Positions 9,912 through 20,151 of a DNA stretch of 64,000 nt are shown one piece after another (position 1 is the first letter of the stretch; the number at the start of each line of letters is the position of its first letter). The translations under genes were made by a program, and so were the position numbers. The notes beneath the pieces are model-generated. The model saw nothing but the letters and a program-made list of their open reading frames with translations. It made no database searches and was not told the DNA's origin. The DNA is from Actinomycetes bacterium (GTDB taxonomy: Bacteria > Actinomycetota > Acidimicrobiia > Acidimicrobiales > JAKAOS01): assembly GCA_021795215.1 (NCBI GenBank), contig JAJYPS010000002.1, forward strand, positions 2,748 through 66,747, in the 5' to 3' direction.

Positions 9912-10841
9912 TCACCGACGTTCGGACGGCTGAGCACCTGTTCCGATCCTGCCGGCCACGGCGAGGAACCTGGCGGCCAGGCCGAGGAGCTCGTCCCCTC
10001 GCCACACCGCCCGCAGCTCCCTCGTGAAGTCCGCGCCGTCCACCGGTACCTCCACCAGGCGTCCCGCGTCGAGGTCGTCCCGAGTGGCCAGAGAGCCCAG
10101 CACCGCCGCGCCGTCGCCGCGCTGGAGCGCCCTGCTGATCGCAACCGTCGACCCGAGCTCCATGAGAGGAGGCGCCACGCCTCCGAACGGCGCGAGTGCG
10201 TGCTCGAGGACCATCCTCGTACCGGACCCCGCTTCCCGCAGGATGAGGGGTGTGCCCGCCAGCACGCTGGCGGGCAGCGGGGAGTGCTTCCGAGCCCAGG
10301 GGTGGCGGGGGGAGACGACCACCGTGAGCCGGTCCCTCCCCAGCACCCGGCTCGAGAGCCCGACCGTGGGCACGGGGCCTTCCACGATCCCCAGTTCCAC
10401 TTCGGCGGACGACACCATGGAAACGACTGCTGCGGAGTTGGCCACCGTCAGCGAGACGCTCAAGTTGGGATCCGGCGAGCGAAGCGCCACCAGCCATACA
10501 GGCATCAGATGCTCGCTCACGGTCAGGGACGCCGCGATCCGAAGATGGCCGCTGCTGTGGTCACGCAGCGCCGCCACGCCGGTCATGAGAGTGGCCGCCG
10601 CCCCCACCACCTTCGAGCTCCAGTCGACGACGGCCGACCCGATCGGAGTGAGCCTCGACCCGGAGGCGGAACGCTCCAGCAGCCGTACCCCCAGTTGCCG
10701 CTCCAGCTGCGCTATCTGGGCACTGACGGCGGGCTGGGACACGCCGTGGCGACGAGCTGCACGGCCGAGGCTCCCGAGCTCGGCCACGGTCAGGAGCAGG
10801 TCGAGGGACTTCAGCTCCGGCGTCCTGGGAGGCAGGGTCAT
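9912..10841 (-). CDS. LysR-family transcriptional regulator
   Basis: N-terminal wHTH LKSLDLLLTVAELGSLGRAARRHGVSQPAVSAQIAQLERQLGVRLLER plus a substrate-binding-domain-sized C-terminus. It is divergent from the transporter at 10938. Confidence 0.9.
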   Translation of the reverse strand: MTLPPRTPELKSLDLLLTVAELGSLGRAARRHGVSQPAVSAQIAQLERQLGVRLLERSASGSRLTPIGSAVVDWSSKVVGAAATLMTGVAALRDHSSGHLRIAASLTVSEHLMPVWLVALRSPDPNLSVSLTVANSAAVVSMVSSAEVELGIVEGPVPTVGLSSRVLGRDRLTVVVSPRHPWARKHSPLPASVLAGTPLILREAGSGTRMVLEHALAPFGGVAPPLMELGSTVAISRALQRGDGAAVLGSLATRDDLDAGRLVEVPVDGADFTRELRAVWRGDELLGLAARFLAVAGRIGTGAQPSERR

Positions 10842-10873
10842 GGCAGAACGAGACTACGGGTCGTGACACACCC

Positions 10874-10888
10874 ATAAACGGGAGTTAT
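10874..10888. promoter_or_regulatory. candidate LysR box (ATAA-N7-TTAT dyad containing T-N11-A)
   Basis: ATAAACGGGAGTTAT lies in the 96-bp divergent intergenic region between the LysR gene and the TDT transporter gene. It is AT-rich relative to its surroundings. Confidence 0.4.
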
Positions 10889-10937
10889 GACGTCAAAGCA
10901 GTCCTGCCCCTACCAGCCGTGACCGAACCGGTCCAAC

Positions 10938-12215
10938 GTGGAGTGCATGGAAACGCTTACCGACACCTTGTCGCCCCGGGACGGGGCGAGCGTACCGCCG
11001 AGTTCGACCACGGCACGGAGCGATCGACAGCCATCCAGGAGTCGGCGCCCCCTGAGCCAGTTGGAACGGCCGTCCCACATCTTCCGTCACCTCGGTCCCA
11101 ACTGGTACGCCTCCATCATGGGCACGGGCATCGTGGCGAACGCCGCTGCGACGCTGGAGGTTCGAGTGACCGGGCTACGCGCGTTCGCGACCGCCGTCTG
11201 GATCGTCGATGCGTTCCTCCTTGTCGCCCTGACCGCGGCTTGGGCGATCCACTGGCTCGTGTTCACCGAGCATGCCCTTGGTCACGGTCGTGACCCGGCG
11301 ACGGCGCAGTTCTACGGGGCGCCCCCTATGGCGATGCTGACAGTGGGCACGGGTACCGCCCTCCTGGGTGGCCCGATACTGGGTCAGCATCTCGCCCTGG
11401 CGTCCGACTGGGTGCTGTGGACCGTAGGCACGGTGACAGGGCTCCTCTCGGCAGCAGTCGTCCCGTACAGGATGTTCACCCGCCACCAGATACGCCCCGG
11501 CGACACCTTCGCGACGTGGATGATGCCAGTGGTGCCGCCGATGGTCTCGGCTGCCACCGGAGCTGTGCTGATCCCGCACATCGCCACAGCCCAGGGTCGG
11601 CTCGACATGCTGTTGGCATGCCTGGCGATGTTCGGCCTGTCGGCCGTGGCGGCGGTGGTCATGCTGACCCTCGTCTGGTCACGCCTCGTTTACCACAAGG
11701 TCGGTCCGGCAGGCATGGTGCCCACGTTGTGGATCGTGCTCGGCCCTCTCGGCCAGTCGATCACGGCGATCAACCTCTTGAGGGTCGCCGCGCACGGCGC
11801 TCTTCCGGCGGCAGACGCTACGGCGATGTCGGTGGCAGCCCTGCTCTACGGGATAGCCGTATGGGGCTTCGCCATGCTGTGGATGGCACTTGCGGCGGCA
11901 ATCACGCTTCGGACCATCCGCAGCGGCATGCCGTTCGCCCTCACCTGGTGGAGCTTCACCTTCCCGGTCGGCACGGTGGTCACCGGGACCAATGCCCTCG
12001 CCGTCACCGCCGGCTCACTGCTCCTTGCTCGCGTGGCGGTCGGGTTGTACGGGTTCTTGGTCGTGGCATGGGGCGTCACGGCGCTGGGGACCCTGAGGAA
12101 CAGCTGGTGCGGCAAGCTGTTCCTTCCGGCCTCGGCCTCGGTATCCGCTGCTGCGGGGAGCGAGCCGGCCACACCGGCTCCTGGTGCGGCGGCTGTCGCC
12201 GGAAGCGGCTTCTGA
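10938..12215 (+). CDS. TDT-family (TehA/Mae1/SLAC1-like) anion/C4-dicarboxylate transporter
   Basis: About 10 predicted TM helices. The N-terminal landmark HLGPNWYASIMGTGIVANA is typical of the tellurite-resistance/dicarboxylate transporter family. Confidence 0.7.
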   Translation: MECMETLTDTLSPRDGASVPPSSTTARSDRQPSRSRRPLSQLERPSHIFRHLGPNWYASIMGTGIVANAAATLEVRVTGLRAFATAVWIVDAFLLVALTAAWAIHWLVFTEHALGHGRDPATAQFYGAPPMAMLTVGTGTALLGGPILGQHLALASDWVLWTVGTVTGLLSAAVVPYRMFTRHQIRPGDTFATWMMPVVPPMVSAATGAVLIPHIATAQGRLDMLLACLAMFGLSAVAAVVMLTLVWSRLVYHKVGPAGMVPTLWIVLGPLGQSITAINLLRVAAHGALPAADATAMSVAALLYGIAVWGFAMLWMALAAAITLRTIRSGMPFALTWWSFTFPVGTVVTGTNALAVTAGSLLLARVAVGLYGFLVVAWGVTALGTLRNSWCGKLFLPASASVSAAAGSEPATPAPGAAAVAGSGF

Positions 12216-12238
12216 GAGGCCGTTCAAACGGCCGCCGA

Positions 12239-12991
12239 TCAGCGAACTCGGGCGAGAGAGCGGCGCAGGTCCCTGCTGTAGTAGTCGGGTGCGTCCTCGA
12301 AACGGTGAAGCCGGTCGACGAACCGGCAGAGGGACCTCTGCAGCGCCCCCCGCGCGTGGCGGTGCGGCCTGGACAGCGAGTTGCGCCGGGCCTTCGCCAT
12401 CGAGGCGGCCAGCCGCTCGAGCTGCTCGTCGGACAGAGCCTCCACCCGCGGCAGCATCTCTCTCCGCTCGATTTCGAGATGGGTCCGGATCGCTCCGGTC
12501 AAGCGGGTTATCACTTCCTCGAAGCCAGCTCCGTCGAAAGCGTGCACGTTCTCCGGGAGAACCCTGTGGGTGTAGGAGTCCACCGCCTGCAGCAGCTGCT
12601 TGATCTCGCTGCAACGGTCGGCTCGGTCTTCGCGTGCATACGTGCCACCTGCGTCGACCTCCCGGTAGAGCGTGCGCTCGCGTACGTCTTCGATCGTGCA
12701 ACACAGCGTCACCACCTGCTGGGCCAGACATGCCCTGGCGGAGCGGCGTGACTCGATCGACAACATCTCCAGGAGATGCTGCATCTTGGCATGGTCCGCT
12801 TCCAGCAGCTCGATGACGGGATTGGACTGTGGCCGGCGATCCGGGCGCGTGCCCCCCGCCGCCACGTGCGCGTACTGAGCCGCCATGCGATCGTTCACGT
12901 TGCCCCCCTCTTCGTGAGACCCGACCGCACGGACCCTGCCCCCCGGCATCGGCCTGCCCCCCGGCATCGGTCGAGTTATGTCGCTCGCCAC
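12239..12991 (-). CDS. hemerythrin (HHE cation-binding) domain protein
   Basis: LLEADHAKMQHLLEML and IRTHLEIERREMLPRVE are helix pairs carrying the His/Glu ligands. The start is possibly the Met at 12886. The N-terminus holds the PMPGGRPMPGGR duplication. Confidence 0.6.
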   Translation of the reverse strand: MASDITRPMPGGRPMPGGRVRAVGSHEEGGNVNDRMAAQYAHVAAGGTRPDRRPQSNPVIELLEADHAKMQHLLEMLSIESRRSARACLAQQVVTLCCTIEDVRERTLYREVDAGGTYAREDRADRCSEIKQLLQAVDSYTHRVLPENVHAFDGAGFEEVITRLTGAIRTHLEIERREMLPRVEALSDEQLERLAASMAKARRNSLSRPHRHARGALQRSLCRFVDRLHRFEDAPDYYSRDLRRSLARVR

Positions 12992-13164
12992 CGTAAGCCT
13001 GCCGGGTAAGGGGACGGTAAAGCTTGGGCAATGTCTCGGATACGTCCACGGGCAGCGGCCGCGGCGTTGTCAACAGACTGTGGAGATACCTGGGGAGAAC
13101 TACGAGCGCGTAATTACGATGCTTGGCGGGAACCGGCCGTGGTCTCGCAACTCGGCGGTACTGG

Positions 13165-13512
13165 TCAGCGGTACTGGGTAGCCACGAAGAAGCCGCTGCC
13201 GATGAGCCCGATCCCTACCAGCAGGTACCAGTTGGTGGGGCTCCCGGGCAGGACTCCGAGGTAGTTGGCCACTATGACGATCGGACCCAGGGCCACGAGG
13301 ACCAGCATCACCACCGGAACCCATTTGGGGCTCGGTCCCGACCGGGCCTGCGGCTCCGTATAGCGACGGTTCGAGGCGGCAGTCCTGCCCGTACCACCCT
13401 TCGGTGTGGGACGCCCTGATCTGCCTCGGTTCGGCAGGGGACCGCTTGCTCGACCGACCACCCTGCGATGCGGAGCGCCCCTGGTGCCCTGCCTGCCCCT
13501 TGGTGTGGCCAT
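13165..13512 (-). CDS. crgA: cell-division membrane protein CrgA
   Basis: Basic N-terminus followed by two TM helices (KWVPVVMLVLVALGPIVIVANYL and NWYLLVGIGLIGSGFFVATQYR). It sits in the conserved position next to the trpG/pabA-like gene and pknB. Confidence 0.75.
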   Translation of the reverse strand: MATPRGRQGTRGAPHRRVVGRASGPLPNRGRSGRPTPKGGTGRTAASNRRYTEPQARSGPSPKWVPVVMLVLVALGPIVIVANYLGVLPGSPTNWYLLVGIGLIGSGFFVATQYR

Positions 13513-13521
13513 GTAGCCAGG

Positions 13522-14133
13522 CTAACCCGAGACAGCCGCCGCGTGTGGTATGCGTGACAAGAAGTTGGCAATCAGTCGGCGGCCTTCGCCGGTCAGTATC
13601 GACTCCGGATGGAACTGGACTCCCTCGATCGGCATGTCCAGGTGGCGTAGGGCCATCACGACTCCGTCGTCGGTCTCGGCGGTGACCTCCAGGCAGCCCG
13701 GCATGGTGGACCGGTCGACCACCAGGGAGTGGTAGCGCGTCGCCTCGAACGGCTGCGAAAGACCGCTCAGGACTCCGACGTCCGAGTGGCGCACCGGTGA
13801 GGTCTTGCCGTGCATCAGCGACGCAGCTCGGACGACTTCCGCCCCGAACACATGTCCGATGCACTGATGGCCTAGGCACACCCCGAGAGTCGGAACGGTG
13901 CGCGACACCGTCTCTACGAGAGCGCAAGAGATGCCTGCGGTCTCGGGACGTCCGGGGCCGGGCGAGATCACCAGAGCATCGGGGGCGATCCGTTCGACGT
14001 CGGCGACGGTTACGGCGTCGTTCCGGTACACCAGCGGTTCGGCTCCGAGCTCGCCCAGGTACTGCACCAGGTTGTACACGAACGAGTCGTAGTTGTCTAT
14101 GACCAGCACCCGCGGAGCCGAGAGGGCGGTCAC
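13522..14133 (-). CDS. glutamine amidotransferase, anthranilate/aminodeoxychorismate synthase component II
   Basis: [18 protein letters not shown], the catalytic-Cys motif LGVCLGHQ, and GVQFHPES. Its start overlaps the end of pknB by 4 nt. Confidence 0.9.
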   Translation of the reverse strand: MTALSAPRVLVIDNYDSFVYNLVQYLGELGAEPLVYRNDAVTVADVERIAPDALVISPGPGRPETAGISCALVETVSRTVPTLGVCLGHQCIGHVFGAEVVRAASLMHGKTSPVRHSDVGVLSGLSQPFEATRYHSLVVDRSTMPGCLEVTAETDDGVVMALRHLDMPIEGVQFHPESILTGEGRRLIANFLSRIPHAAAVSG

Positions 14134-15953
14134 GACCGCGGACCGGTGGTGGACGTACTCGCCGGAGGGGCTGTCGTGGACGTGGTGGTCGACGTGGTCG
14201 ACGTGGTCGTGGGTGAAGTCGTGGACGTGGTGGTGGGCGGAGTGGTCGTCGACGTGGTCGCCGGCTCGGGACCCATCGACACGTACAGGTTGACCGGCTG
14301 GCTCGGGCTTATCGTGGAGCCCGCCGAAGGGCTGCTGCCGATGACCGATCCCTTGGAAGTTGACGAATACTGCTGGATCGTGTTGCCGACCGTGAGCCCT
14401 GCCAGACCCAGCAGGTTCTCGGCCGCCCCCAGGGAGTCTCCCGCGACGTTGGGCACGGTGACCAGGTTGGTGCCCCCTCCGACTGTCAACGTCACGGTGG
14501 TACCCACCGGAGCCGTGCCCGTAGGGGACTGCGAGATGACGTACCCCTTGTGGCCCTGGCCCTGCACGACGGACTCCTTTACCGCGAACCCGTCCAACCG
14601 GAGCACGCCGCGGGCGCTGTGGTAGGACCTGCCGACCACGGATGGGATGGTGCGGACGGCAGGAGACGTGTACAGGAGCACCTTCGTGCCGTGCTTCACA
14701 GAACTGCTGGCGGCGGGGACCTGCCTGGTGACCCTCGATCCGGAGGACGACGGGCCTGCCGCGACGGAGTACCCCAAGCCGTCCGACGAGAGGGACTGCT
14801 CCGCCGTTCCCAAGCTGTCTCCGGTGACCGCCGGCACGGTGACGGTGGACGGCCCGAGGAGGCCCCCCCGGAGGATCAGGTACAGAGCGGCGAGCAGCAG
14901 GAGCAGGAGCAGGAGCAGCGCGACGTAAAGAGGGGTGCGGTTGCGGCTCACCGGCGCGGGGACGTCGCCGGGGCGTACCGCCGTGTTCATGCGGGTGCTG
15001 GTCGCCCTCACCGCCTCGGTCGGCATGGCCACGTTCGACCGGGTCTCGTTGTAGGCGGCCGCGGCAGCCGAGCCGACGGCAGCCGTCGGAGTGGCCGATG
15101 CCAGCGGAGGGGCCAAGGGGACTGCACCGCCGTTGAAGCGAAGCAGCGCGGACCGCATCTCCTGAGCCGTCTGGTAGCGGTCTGCGGCGTCCTTGCTCAT
15201 CGCCTTCAGGATGATCGCCTCGAGCGCCGGCGAAACCGACGGCGTCACCTCCCGCGGCGGGACAGGCTGCTCCGTCACGTGCTTGTAGGCGATCGAGATG
15301 GGGTTCTCTCCCTTGAAGGGCGCCTTCCCGGTCACCATCTCGTAGAGCACCACTCCGAGGGAGTACACGTCGCTGCGGGCGTCAACGCCGTGTCCCTGCG
15401 CCTGCTCGGGGGAGAAGTACGTCGCAGTGCCCATGACTGCCCCGGTCTGGGTCAGGCTCTCGTTGGCGCTCGCCGCCCTTGCGATCCCGAAGTCCGCCAC
15501 CTTCACCTGACCCTCTTCGGTCAGCAGCACGTTGCCCGGCTTCACGTCCCGGTGTATCACTCCGCGCTGGTGCGCGTACTGCAGCGCCGACGCCACTTCC
15601 GAGGCGATGGCAGCCGCTCGTCGGTCCGGCAGCGGCCCTTCGTTCCGGATCACGGTGGACAGCGGCTGGCCCGACACGTACTCCATCACTATGAAGTAGG
15701 TGCGCTCCGCCTCTCCCCAGTCGAACACCGAGACGATGTTGGGGTGAGTCAGATTGGCCGCCGCCTGAGCCTCCCGGCGGAAGCGCTCCACGAATGCCCG
15801 GTCGACCGACAGCTCGGGGAACAGCACCTTCAGGGCGACCGGGCGGTCCAGCAGCAGGTCTCTCGCCAGGAACACCTCCGCCATGCCACCTCTGGCGATC
15901 CGGGTGGTGAGCTCGTAGCGGCCGTTGTAGGCGGTGGGTGTTACAGAAGCCAT
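14130..15953 (-). CDS. pknB: Ser/Thr protein kinase with PASTA repeats
   Basis: Kinase motifs [18 protein letters not shown] and DFGIARA, then a single TM helix and repeated PASTA-like modules ([16 protein letters not shown]..., [16 protein letters not shown]...). It ends in a Thr/Ser/Pro-rich tail. Confidence 0.9.
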   Translation of the reverse strand: MASVTPTAYNGRYELTTRIARGGMAEVFLARDLLLDRPVALKVLFPELSVDRAFVERFRREAQAAANLTHPNIVSVFDWGEAERTYFIVMEYVSGQPLSTVIRNEGPLPDRRAAAIASEVASALQYAHQRGVIHRDVKPGNVLLTEEGQVKVADFGIARAASANESLTQTGAVMGTATYFSPEQAQGHGVDARSDVYSLGVVLYEMVTGKAPFKGENPISIAYKHVTEQPVPPREVTPSVSPALEAIILKAMSKDAADRYQTAQEMRSALLRFNGGAVPLAPPLASATPTAAVGSAAAAAYNETRSNVAMPTEAVRATSTRMNTAVRPGDVPAPVSRNRTPLYVALLLLLLLLLAALYLILRGGLLGPSTVTVPAVTGDSLGTAEQSLSSDGLGYSVAAGPSSSGSRVTRQVPAASSSVKHGTKVLLYTSPAVRTIPSVVGRSYHSARGVLRLDGFAVKESVVQGQGHKGYVISQSPTGTAPVGTTVTLTVGGGTNLVTVPNVAGDSLGAAENLLGLAGLTVGNTIQQYSSTSKGSVIGSSPSAGSTISPSQPVNLYVSMGPEPATTSTTTPPTTTSTTSPTTTSTTSTTTSTTAPPASTSTTGPRS

Positions 15954-16002
15954 GTGCTTCCAGAGCCTAGGCCGGATCGCGGTCGTCTCTCGGACGCCGC
16001 CG

Positions 16003-17454
16003 TCATCCGTTCGCCAGTCCCAGGGCGGCGATCAGCATCGCCCGTGCGATCGGCCCGGCGGCGGAGGAACCGGTGGCCGGGGGAGGCTGGTTGTTCACCT
16101 CGACCGCCACGGCGACTTTCGGGTTGGACGCAGGCGCGAATGCCACGAGCCAGTCGTCGGTGTAGCCGTTGCCCCTTCCCAGTTGAGCCGTTCCGGTCTT
16201 CGCCGCCACGGTGACGCCGGGTATGGCGACGTTGGAGGCCGTCCCTCCCTGGGTGACGCCTCTCATGAGCGCTGCCACGGAGGCCGCCGTGGAGGAGGAT
16301 GTCGCCTGGCGCCACAGCTGCGGTGTCACCTGCTTCACGAGAGTGCCCTGGGCGCTCCGAACCTGCGCCACCACATGGGGGACCATCATCCTGCCCCCGT
16401 TGGCGATCGCAGCTGTGGTCATGGCCATCTCCAGCGGTGTGGCCGCCACGTTCTCCTGCCCTATGGCGGAGAAGGCCAGGGCGGGCAGTTGGCCGGCGAA
16501 CGTGGACGCAGCGGGGAAGGAGGAGGCCACGGCCCCGGGAAGGTCCAGGGGGGGGACGTGGTCGAACCCGAAGGACTTCGCTTCACTGGCCAGGTTGGAG
16601 CCTCCGAGATCCAGACCTATCTGACCGTAAGTGCTGTCGCACGACACCTTGAACGCATTCGCAAGCGTCCCTCCACACACCTCGTTCGCGTAGTTGTGCA
16701 GCAGCGCGGTCGTCTGGGGCAGCTTCAGCGCAGGCAACATGGGATAGATGGTGTTCGCCAGGGAGGGCATGTGGTCGTAGATGGCCGACGACGTGACGAT
16801 CTTGAAAGTGGAACCGGGTGGGTAGCGCTGCTGGTAGGCGCGGGACAAGAGCGGCTGGCTCCGGTTGGACGTGTAGGCCTTCCACGCCTTCTGTTCGGTA
16901 GCCCCATTGTGACTCGCGAGAAGATTGGGGTTGTAGGTCGGGGAGCTGTACATGGCGAGTATCGCGCCCGTGGAAGGGTCTATCGCCACTACCGCTCCGT
17001 GCTTGGTGCCGAGCTGCTGCGCGGCCAAGCTCTGCAGCGTGCTGGAGATGGTGAGCGTGACGCTGTCCGTCGTCGTGTTGGAAGTAAGAAGGTCAGAGAG
17101 CGAGTGAATCGGGGCTGAATGCGCCCCGAGGTATTTGCCGTAGCTCGCCTCGACCCCGGCTGCACCGTAATTCAGGGAATCGTAACCGGTGATCCCAGCG
17201 TACAAGGGTCCATCCGGGTAAACCCGGAGGTACTTGAACTGGTCGTGGCTGGGCACCGACTGAGCCACGATCACGCCGTTTGCGGTTTGGATGACGCCCC
17301 GCGCTCGGCTGAGGCGGTTGATCGCCACTCTCGGATTCCCCGCCGCGGAGCCCAGCTTCGGTGCCTGCAGCACCTGGATCCTGTTGAGCTGGATGAAGAG
17401 AAGCACGAAACAGGCCAGGAGGAAGAGGGCGAGACTGCGTATGTGGCGGTCCAT
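16003..17454 (-). CDS. pbpA: class B penicillin-binding protein (transpeptidase)
   Basis: N-terminal TM helix, an SxxK motif in PPGSTFKIVTS, and the KTGT motif (AAKTGTAQ). It sits in the conserved position between pknB and pstP. Confidence 0.85.
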   Translation of the reverse strand: MDRHIRSLALFLLACFVLLFIQLNRIQVLQAPKLGSAAGNPRVAINRLSRARGVIQTANGVIVAQSVPSHDQFKYLRVYPDGPLYAGITGYDSLNYGAAGVEASYGKYLGAHSAPIHSLSDLLTSNTTTDSVTLTISSTLQSLAAQQLGTKHGAVVAIDPSTGAILAMYSSPTYNPNLLASHNGATEQKAWKAYTSNRSQPLLSRAYQQRYPPGSTFKIVTSSAIYDHMPSLANTIYPMLPALKLPQTTALLHNYANEVCGGTLANAFKVSCDSTYGQIGLDLGGSNLASEAKSFGFDHVPPLDLPGAVASSFPAASTFAGQLPALAFSAIGQENVAATPLEMAMTTAAIANGGRMMVPHVVAQVRSAQGTLVKQVTPQLWRQATSSSTAASVAALMRGVTQGGTASNVAIPGVTVAAKTGTAQLGRGNGYTDDWLVAFAPASNPKVAVAVEVNNQPPPATGSSAAGPIARAMLIAALGLANG

Positions 17455-17455
17455 C

Positions 17456-18871
17456 TCAGCCGGCCCCGGGGCTCGTCGACGACGGTACGGCCGTCGTGGT
17501 GGAGGTGGTGGGCGAGCGACTCGAAGGGGCCGATGGCGACGATCCGGGCGGCAGCGGAAGGCTCCGGTACTCCGACGCCAGGTTGGCGACGAAGCGCTTT
17601 GCCGCCGACAGGGACGGCTCCTGCACCCCCTGTTGAAGCGATGGAATTCGATACGCGAGGACGTGAGACTGGGTGAGGCCGGTGCGGACGACAGTCCGGG
17701 GCTGTATCCACAGCAGTCCTCCGGCCCTTCCCTGCTCGATCACGACTTTCTTGCGCCGCAATGTCACGAAGTAGGAGCTGTGGTCGTACCACACGATCGC
17801 CCCGAGTGCGCCCACGATCAGCAGTACCAGCACCAGGAGGAACAGAACCACCCGGAGCGTGACCCTACGCGGTGGGTGCCCGAGGTCCGAGCCGGCGCCC
17901 TCCCGCTGCGAGGCACCCTCGGCCTGCAGCTTCGGGCCACTGCGGTCCATGTCGGCGTCCCCGTTTGCGGGAGACCGGCGAACGGGGGCAGCGTGCTCCA
18001 CAGGTTGGAGGCCCGTCTCGCCCGGGGAAGGGGTGAGGACCGGGTGGGGGGCACCGTCGGCCCCCGCCGCTCCGGCCCCACCCGCCGCTCCGGCCCCCGA
18101 CTCCACGTCCACGATCACGACGGTGATGTTGTCGTTGCCGCCGTTCGCCTTCGCCGCCTCCACCAGTGCCTCGGTTGCCTGCCTCGCCTCGGGATGCTGC
18201 CTGAGCAGCTGAGCGATCCTCTCGTCGTCCACTTCGTTGACGAGACCGTCGCTGCAGAGGAGGAAGCGGTCTGCGTTCATGGGCTGGAAGTTCCACAGGT
18301 CCACGTCGACGTTCGAGTCGACGCCCAGGGCTCGGGTCAGGATGTGCCGGCCCGGATGCTCCGCCGCCTGGCTCTCGGTTATGCGGCCTGCCCGAACCAG
18401 ATCCTGCACCAAGCTGTGATCTGCCGTGACCTGGGACAGAACCCCTGCCCGCCACAGGTACGCCCGCGAGTCCCCCACGTTGGCCAGAGCCAGCCGCTCC
18501 TCCCCCTCGGCACCGACCAGAGCCAGAACCGTGAGAGTGGTGCCCATGCCCCGCAGCTGTTCGTCTGCCAGTGAACGCTCCCAAACCGCCTGGTTGGCTT
18601 GGCGGACGGCTTGCCGCACCTTCTCGCCAGTAGCTTCCGTGCCGGCGAGAGCGGATCGCAGCGTCTCGATTGCTATTTGCGCTGCCACCTCGCCACCCTG
18701 GTGACCTCCCATGCCGTCGGCGACGGCACAGAAAGCGGGTTCGACGATCGCCCGGTCCTGGTTGGCCGCCCGCACGCAACCGACGTCCGTGGCCAGCACC
18801 GAATGCAGCGTGGTCACGTCTCGGCTATGCCCTCTGACGCCGCGTGACCGGACGCGGGCAGGTACGCGCAC
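17456..18871 (-). CDS. pstP: PP2C-family Ser/Thr phosphatase with C-terminal TM and extracytoplasmic domain
   Basis: AVADGMGGHQGGEVAA and GGNDNITVVIVDV, followed by the TM helix VVLFLLVLVLLIVGALGAIVW. An alternative GTG start lies at 18817. Confidence 0.85.
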   Translation of the reverse strand: MRVPARVRSRGVRGHSRDVTTLHSVLATDVGCVRAANQDRAIVEPAFCAVADGMGGHQGGEVAAQIAIETLRSALAGTEATGEKVRQAVRQANQAVWERSLADEQLRGMGTTLTVLALVGAEGEERLALANVGDSRAYLWRAGVLSQVTADHSLVQDLVRAGRITESQAAEHPGRHILTRALGVDSNVDVDLWNFQPMNADRFLLCSDGLVNEVDDERIAQLLRQHPEARQATEALVEAAKANGGNDNITVVIVDVESGAGAAGGAGAAGADGAPHPVLTPSPGETGLQPVEHAAPVRRSPANGDADMDRSGPKLQAEGASQREGAGSDLGHPPRRVTLRVVLFLLVLVLLIVGALGAIVWYDHSSYFVTLRRKKVVIEQGRAGGLLWIQPRTVVRTGLTQSHVLAYRIPSLQQGVQEPSLSAAKRFVANLASEYRSLPLPPGSSPSAPSSRSPTTSTTTAVPSSTSPGAG

Positions 18872-18881
18872 GCTTGGAGGA

Positions 18882-19346
18882 TCACTTGTCGACGACCGCC
18901 AACGTCCGACCGAACAGCAGCTGATCGCCCTTGTGGAGCGCGGTGGGCGATCCGACTCCCTTTCCGTTGACCCACGTTCCGTTCGTCGATCCCAGGTCCT
19001 CCACCCACACGGTCCCGTCTCTCACGAACACCCTTGCGTGGATGCTGGACGTGTAGCTGTCCTCCGGCACCGAGACGGCGCAGCCGGCTGCCCGTCCCAG
19101 CGTCATCTCGCCGTCGATCGGGAACGTTTCTCCGGACCGCTCCTTCGGCTCGAGGATCCGGAGAGTGAGCCCACTCGGCCTTTCCCGGCCGCGTGGCTCT
19201 CCGGCAGCACTCGGGGAGTCACCTACGACTCCTTGACTTCCGCCCCGGCGAAGCTCCGCCCACATGGCACGCACCACCCGGAGGAAGAATAGCCAGACCA
19301 GGGCCACCAGGAAGAACTTGAGTATCGTCAGGAGCTGCGCCGACAA
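18882..19346 (-). CDS. fhaB: FHA-domain membrane protein FhaB/FipA-like
   Basis: A TTG start at 19346 gives LSAQLLTILKFFLVALVWLFFL (TM helix), then the FHA domain LGRAAGCAVSVPEDSYTSSIHARV...DLGSTNGTWVNG. The longer track ORF (to 19547) would overlap fhaA. Confidence 0.75.
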   Translation of the reverse strand: MSAQLLTILKFFLVALVWLFFLRVVRAMWAELRRGGSQGVVGDSPSAAGEPRGRERPSGLTLRILEPKERSGETFPIDGEMTLGRAAGCAVSVPEDSYTSSIHARVFVRDGTVWVEDLGSTNGTWVNGKGVGSPTALHKGDQLLFGRTLAVVDK

Positions 19347-19348
19347 CG

Positions 19349-20005
19349 CTAGCCCGTCTCGAACGTCAGCGTCGTCCTGCCTACCGTGATCCTGTCGCCC
19401 TCGTTCAGCCTGCGTTCCTTGGCCGGGATGCCGTTCACCAACGTCCCGTTGGTCGATCCCAGGTCGAACAGGGTCACGTACCCGTCCCGGCGCCGGACCT
19501 CCGCATGGCGCCGGCTCACGTTGGGGTCGTCCAGCCGCAGCTGGCACTCCGGGAGCCTTCCTATGACCAGCGGCCCGTCCTCCAAGTGGATCCGGTCGCC
19601 CGAAGGCGTGACCAGGGCTGCTGCCGGACCTCCGCCGGGGCCCTCCCTCACTTCAGTCTCGATCAGGAAGACGCCCGGACGAAGGTCGGCATCCTCCAGT
19701 AGCTCCACCTCGACCGGACCCAGCAGGCCGTACCCTTCCTGGTGGGCATGCTGCCTGGCGGCATCCACCAGCTCCGTCGACAGTGCTTCTGCGAAGCTCT
19801 CGAACCGGGAGACGTCCTCTTCGGAAAGCACCACTCTGAACACGTTCGGGGCGATGGTCCCCCGAACCCCAGCCGTACGCTGGAGGTCCATCTCTCTCGT
19901 CAGGCGGCGCCCGATCTCGACCGGCTGGAGCCCACGGCGATAGGTCTTCGCAAAAGCACCTTCCACCAGCCGTTCCAGCCGCCGCTCAAAACGCTCGAGT
20001 CCCAT
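19349..20005 (-). CDS. fhaA: FHA-domain protein FhaA-like (DUF3662 N-terminus + FHA)
   Basis: N-terminus MGLERFERRLERLVEGAFAK, and C-terminal FHA domain IGRLPECQLRLDDPNVSRRHAEV...DLGSTNGTLVNG. Confidence 0.85.
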   Translation of the reverse strand: MGLERFERRLERLVEGAFAKTYRRGLQPVEIGRRLTREMDLQRTAGVRGTIAPNVFRVVLSEEDVSRFESFAEALSTELVDAARQHAHQEGYGLLGPVEVELLEDADLRPGVFLIETEVREGPGGGPAAALVTPSGDRIHLEDGPLVIGRLPECQLRLDDPNVSRRHAEVRRRDGYVTLFDLGSTNGTLVNGIPAKERRLNEGDRITVGRTTLTFETG

Positions 20006-20067
20006 TGTCGCCCAGAGCCTACCCAGAAAGACGGCGTCGCGGGCAGCCCGCTAAGCTCAGGTGGCCG

Positions 20068-20151
20068 GGGCGAGTGGCGGAATTGGTAGACGCGCAGGAT
20101 TCAGGTTCCTGTGAGGGAAACTTCGTGGGGGTTCAAGTCCCCCCTCGCCCA
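20068..20151 (+). tRNA. tRNA-Leu (anticodon CAG), long variable arm
   Basis: Sequence GGGCGAGTGGCGGAATTGGTAGACGCGCAGGATTCAGGTTCCTGTGAGGGAAACTTCGTGGGGGTTCAAGTCCCCCCTCGCCCA. Acceptor GGGCGAG pairs with CTCGCCC, the anticodon stem-loop is CAGGA-TTCAGGT-TCCTG, and the T-arm is GGGGG-TTCAAGT-CCCCC. Confidence 0.9.
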
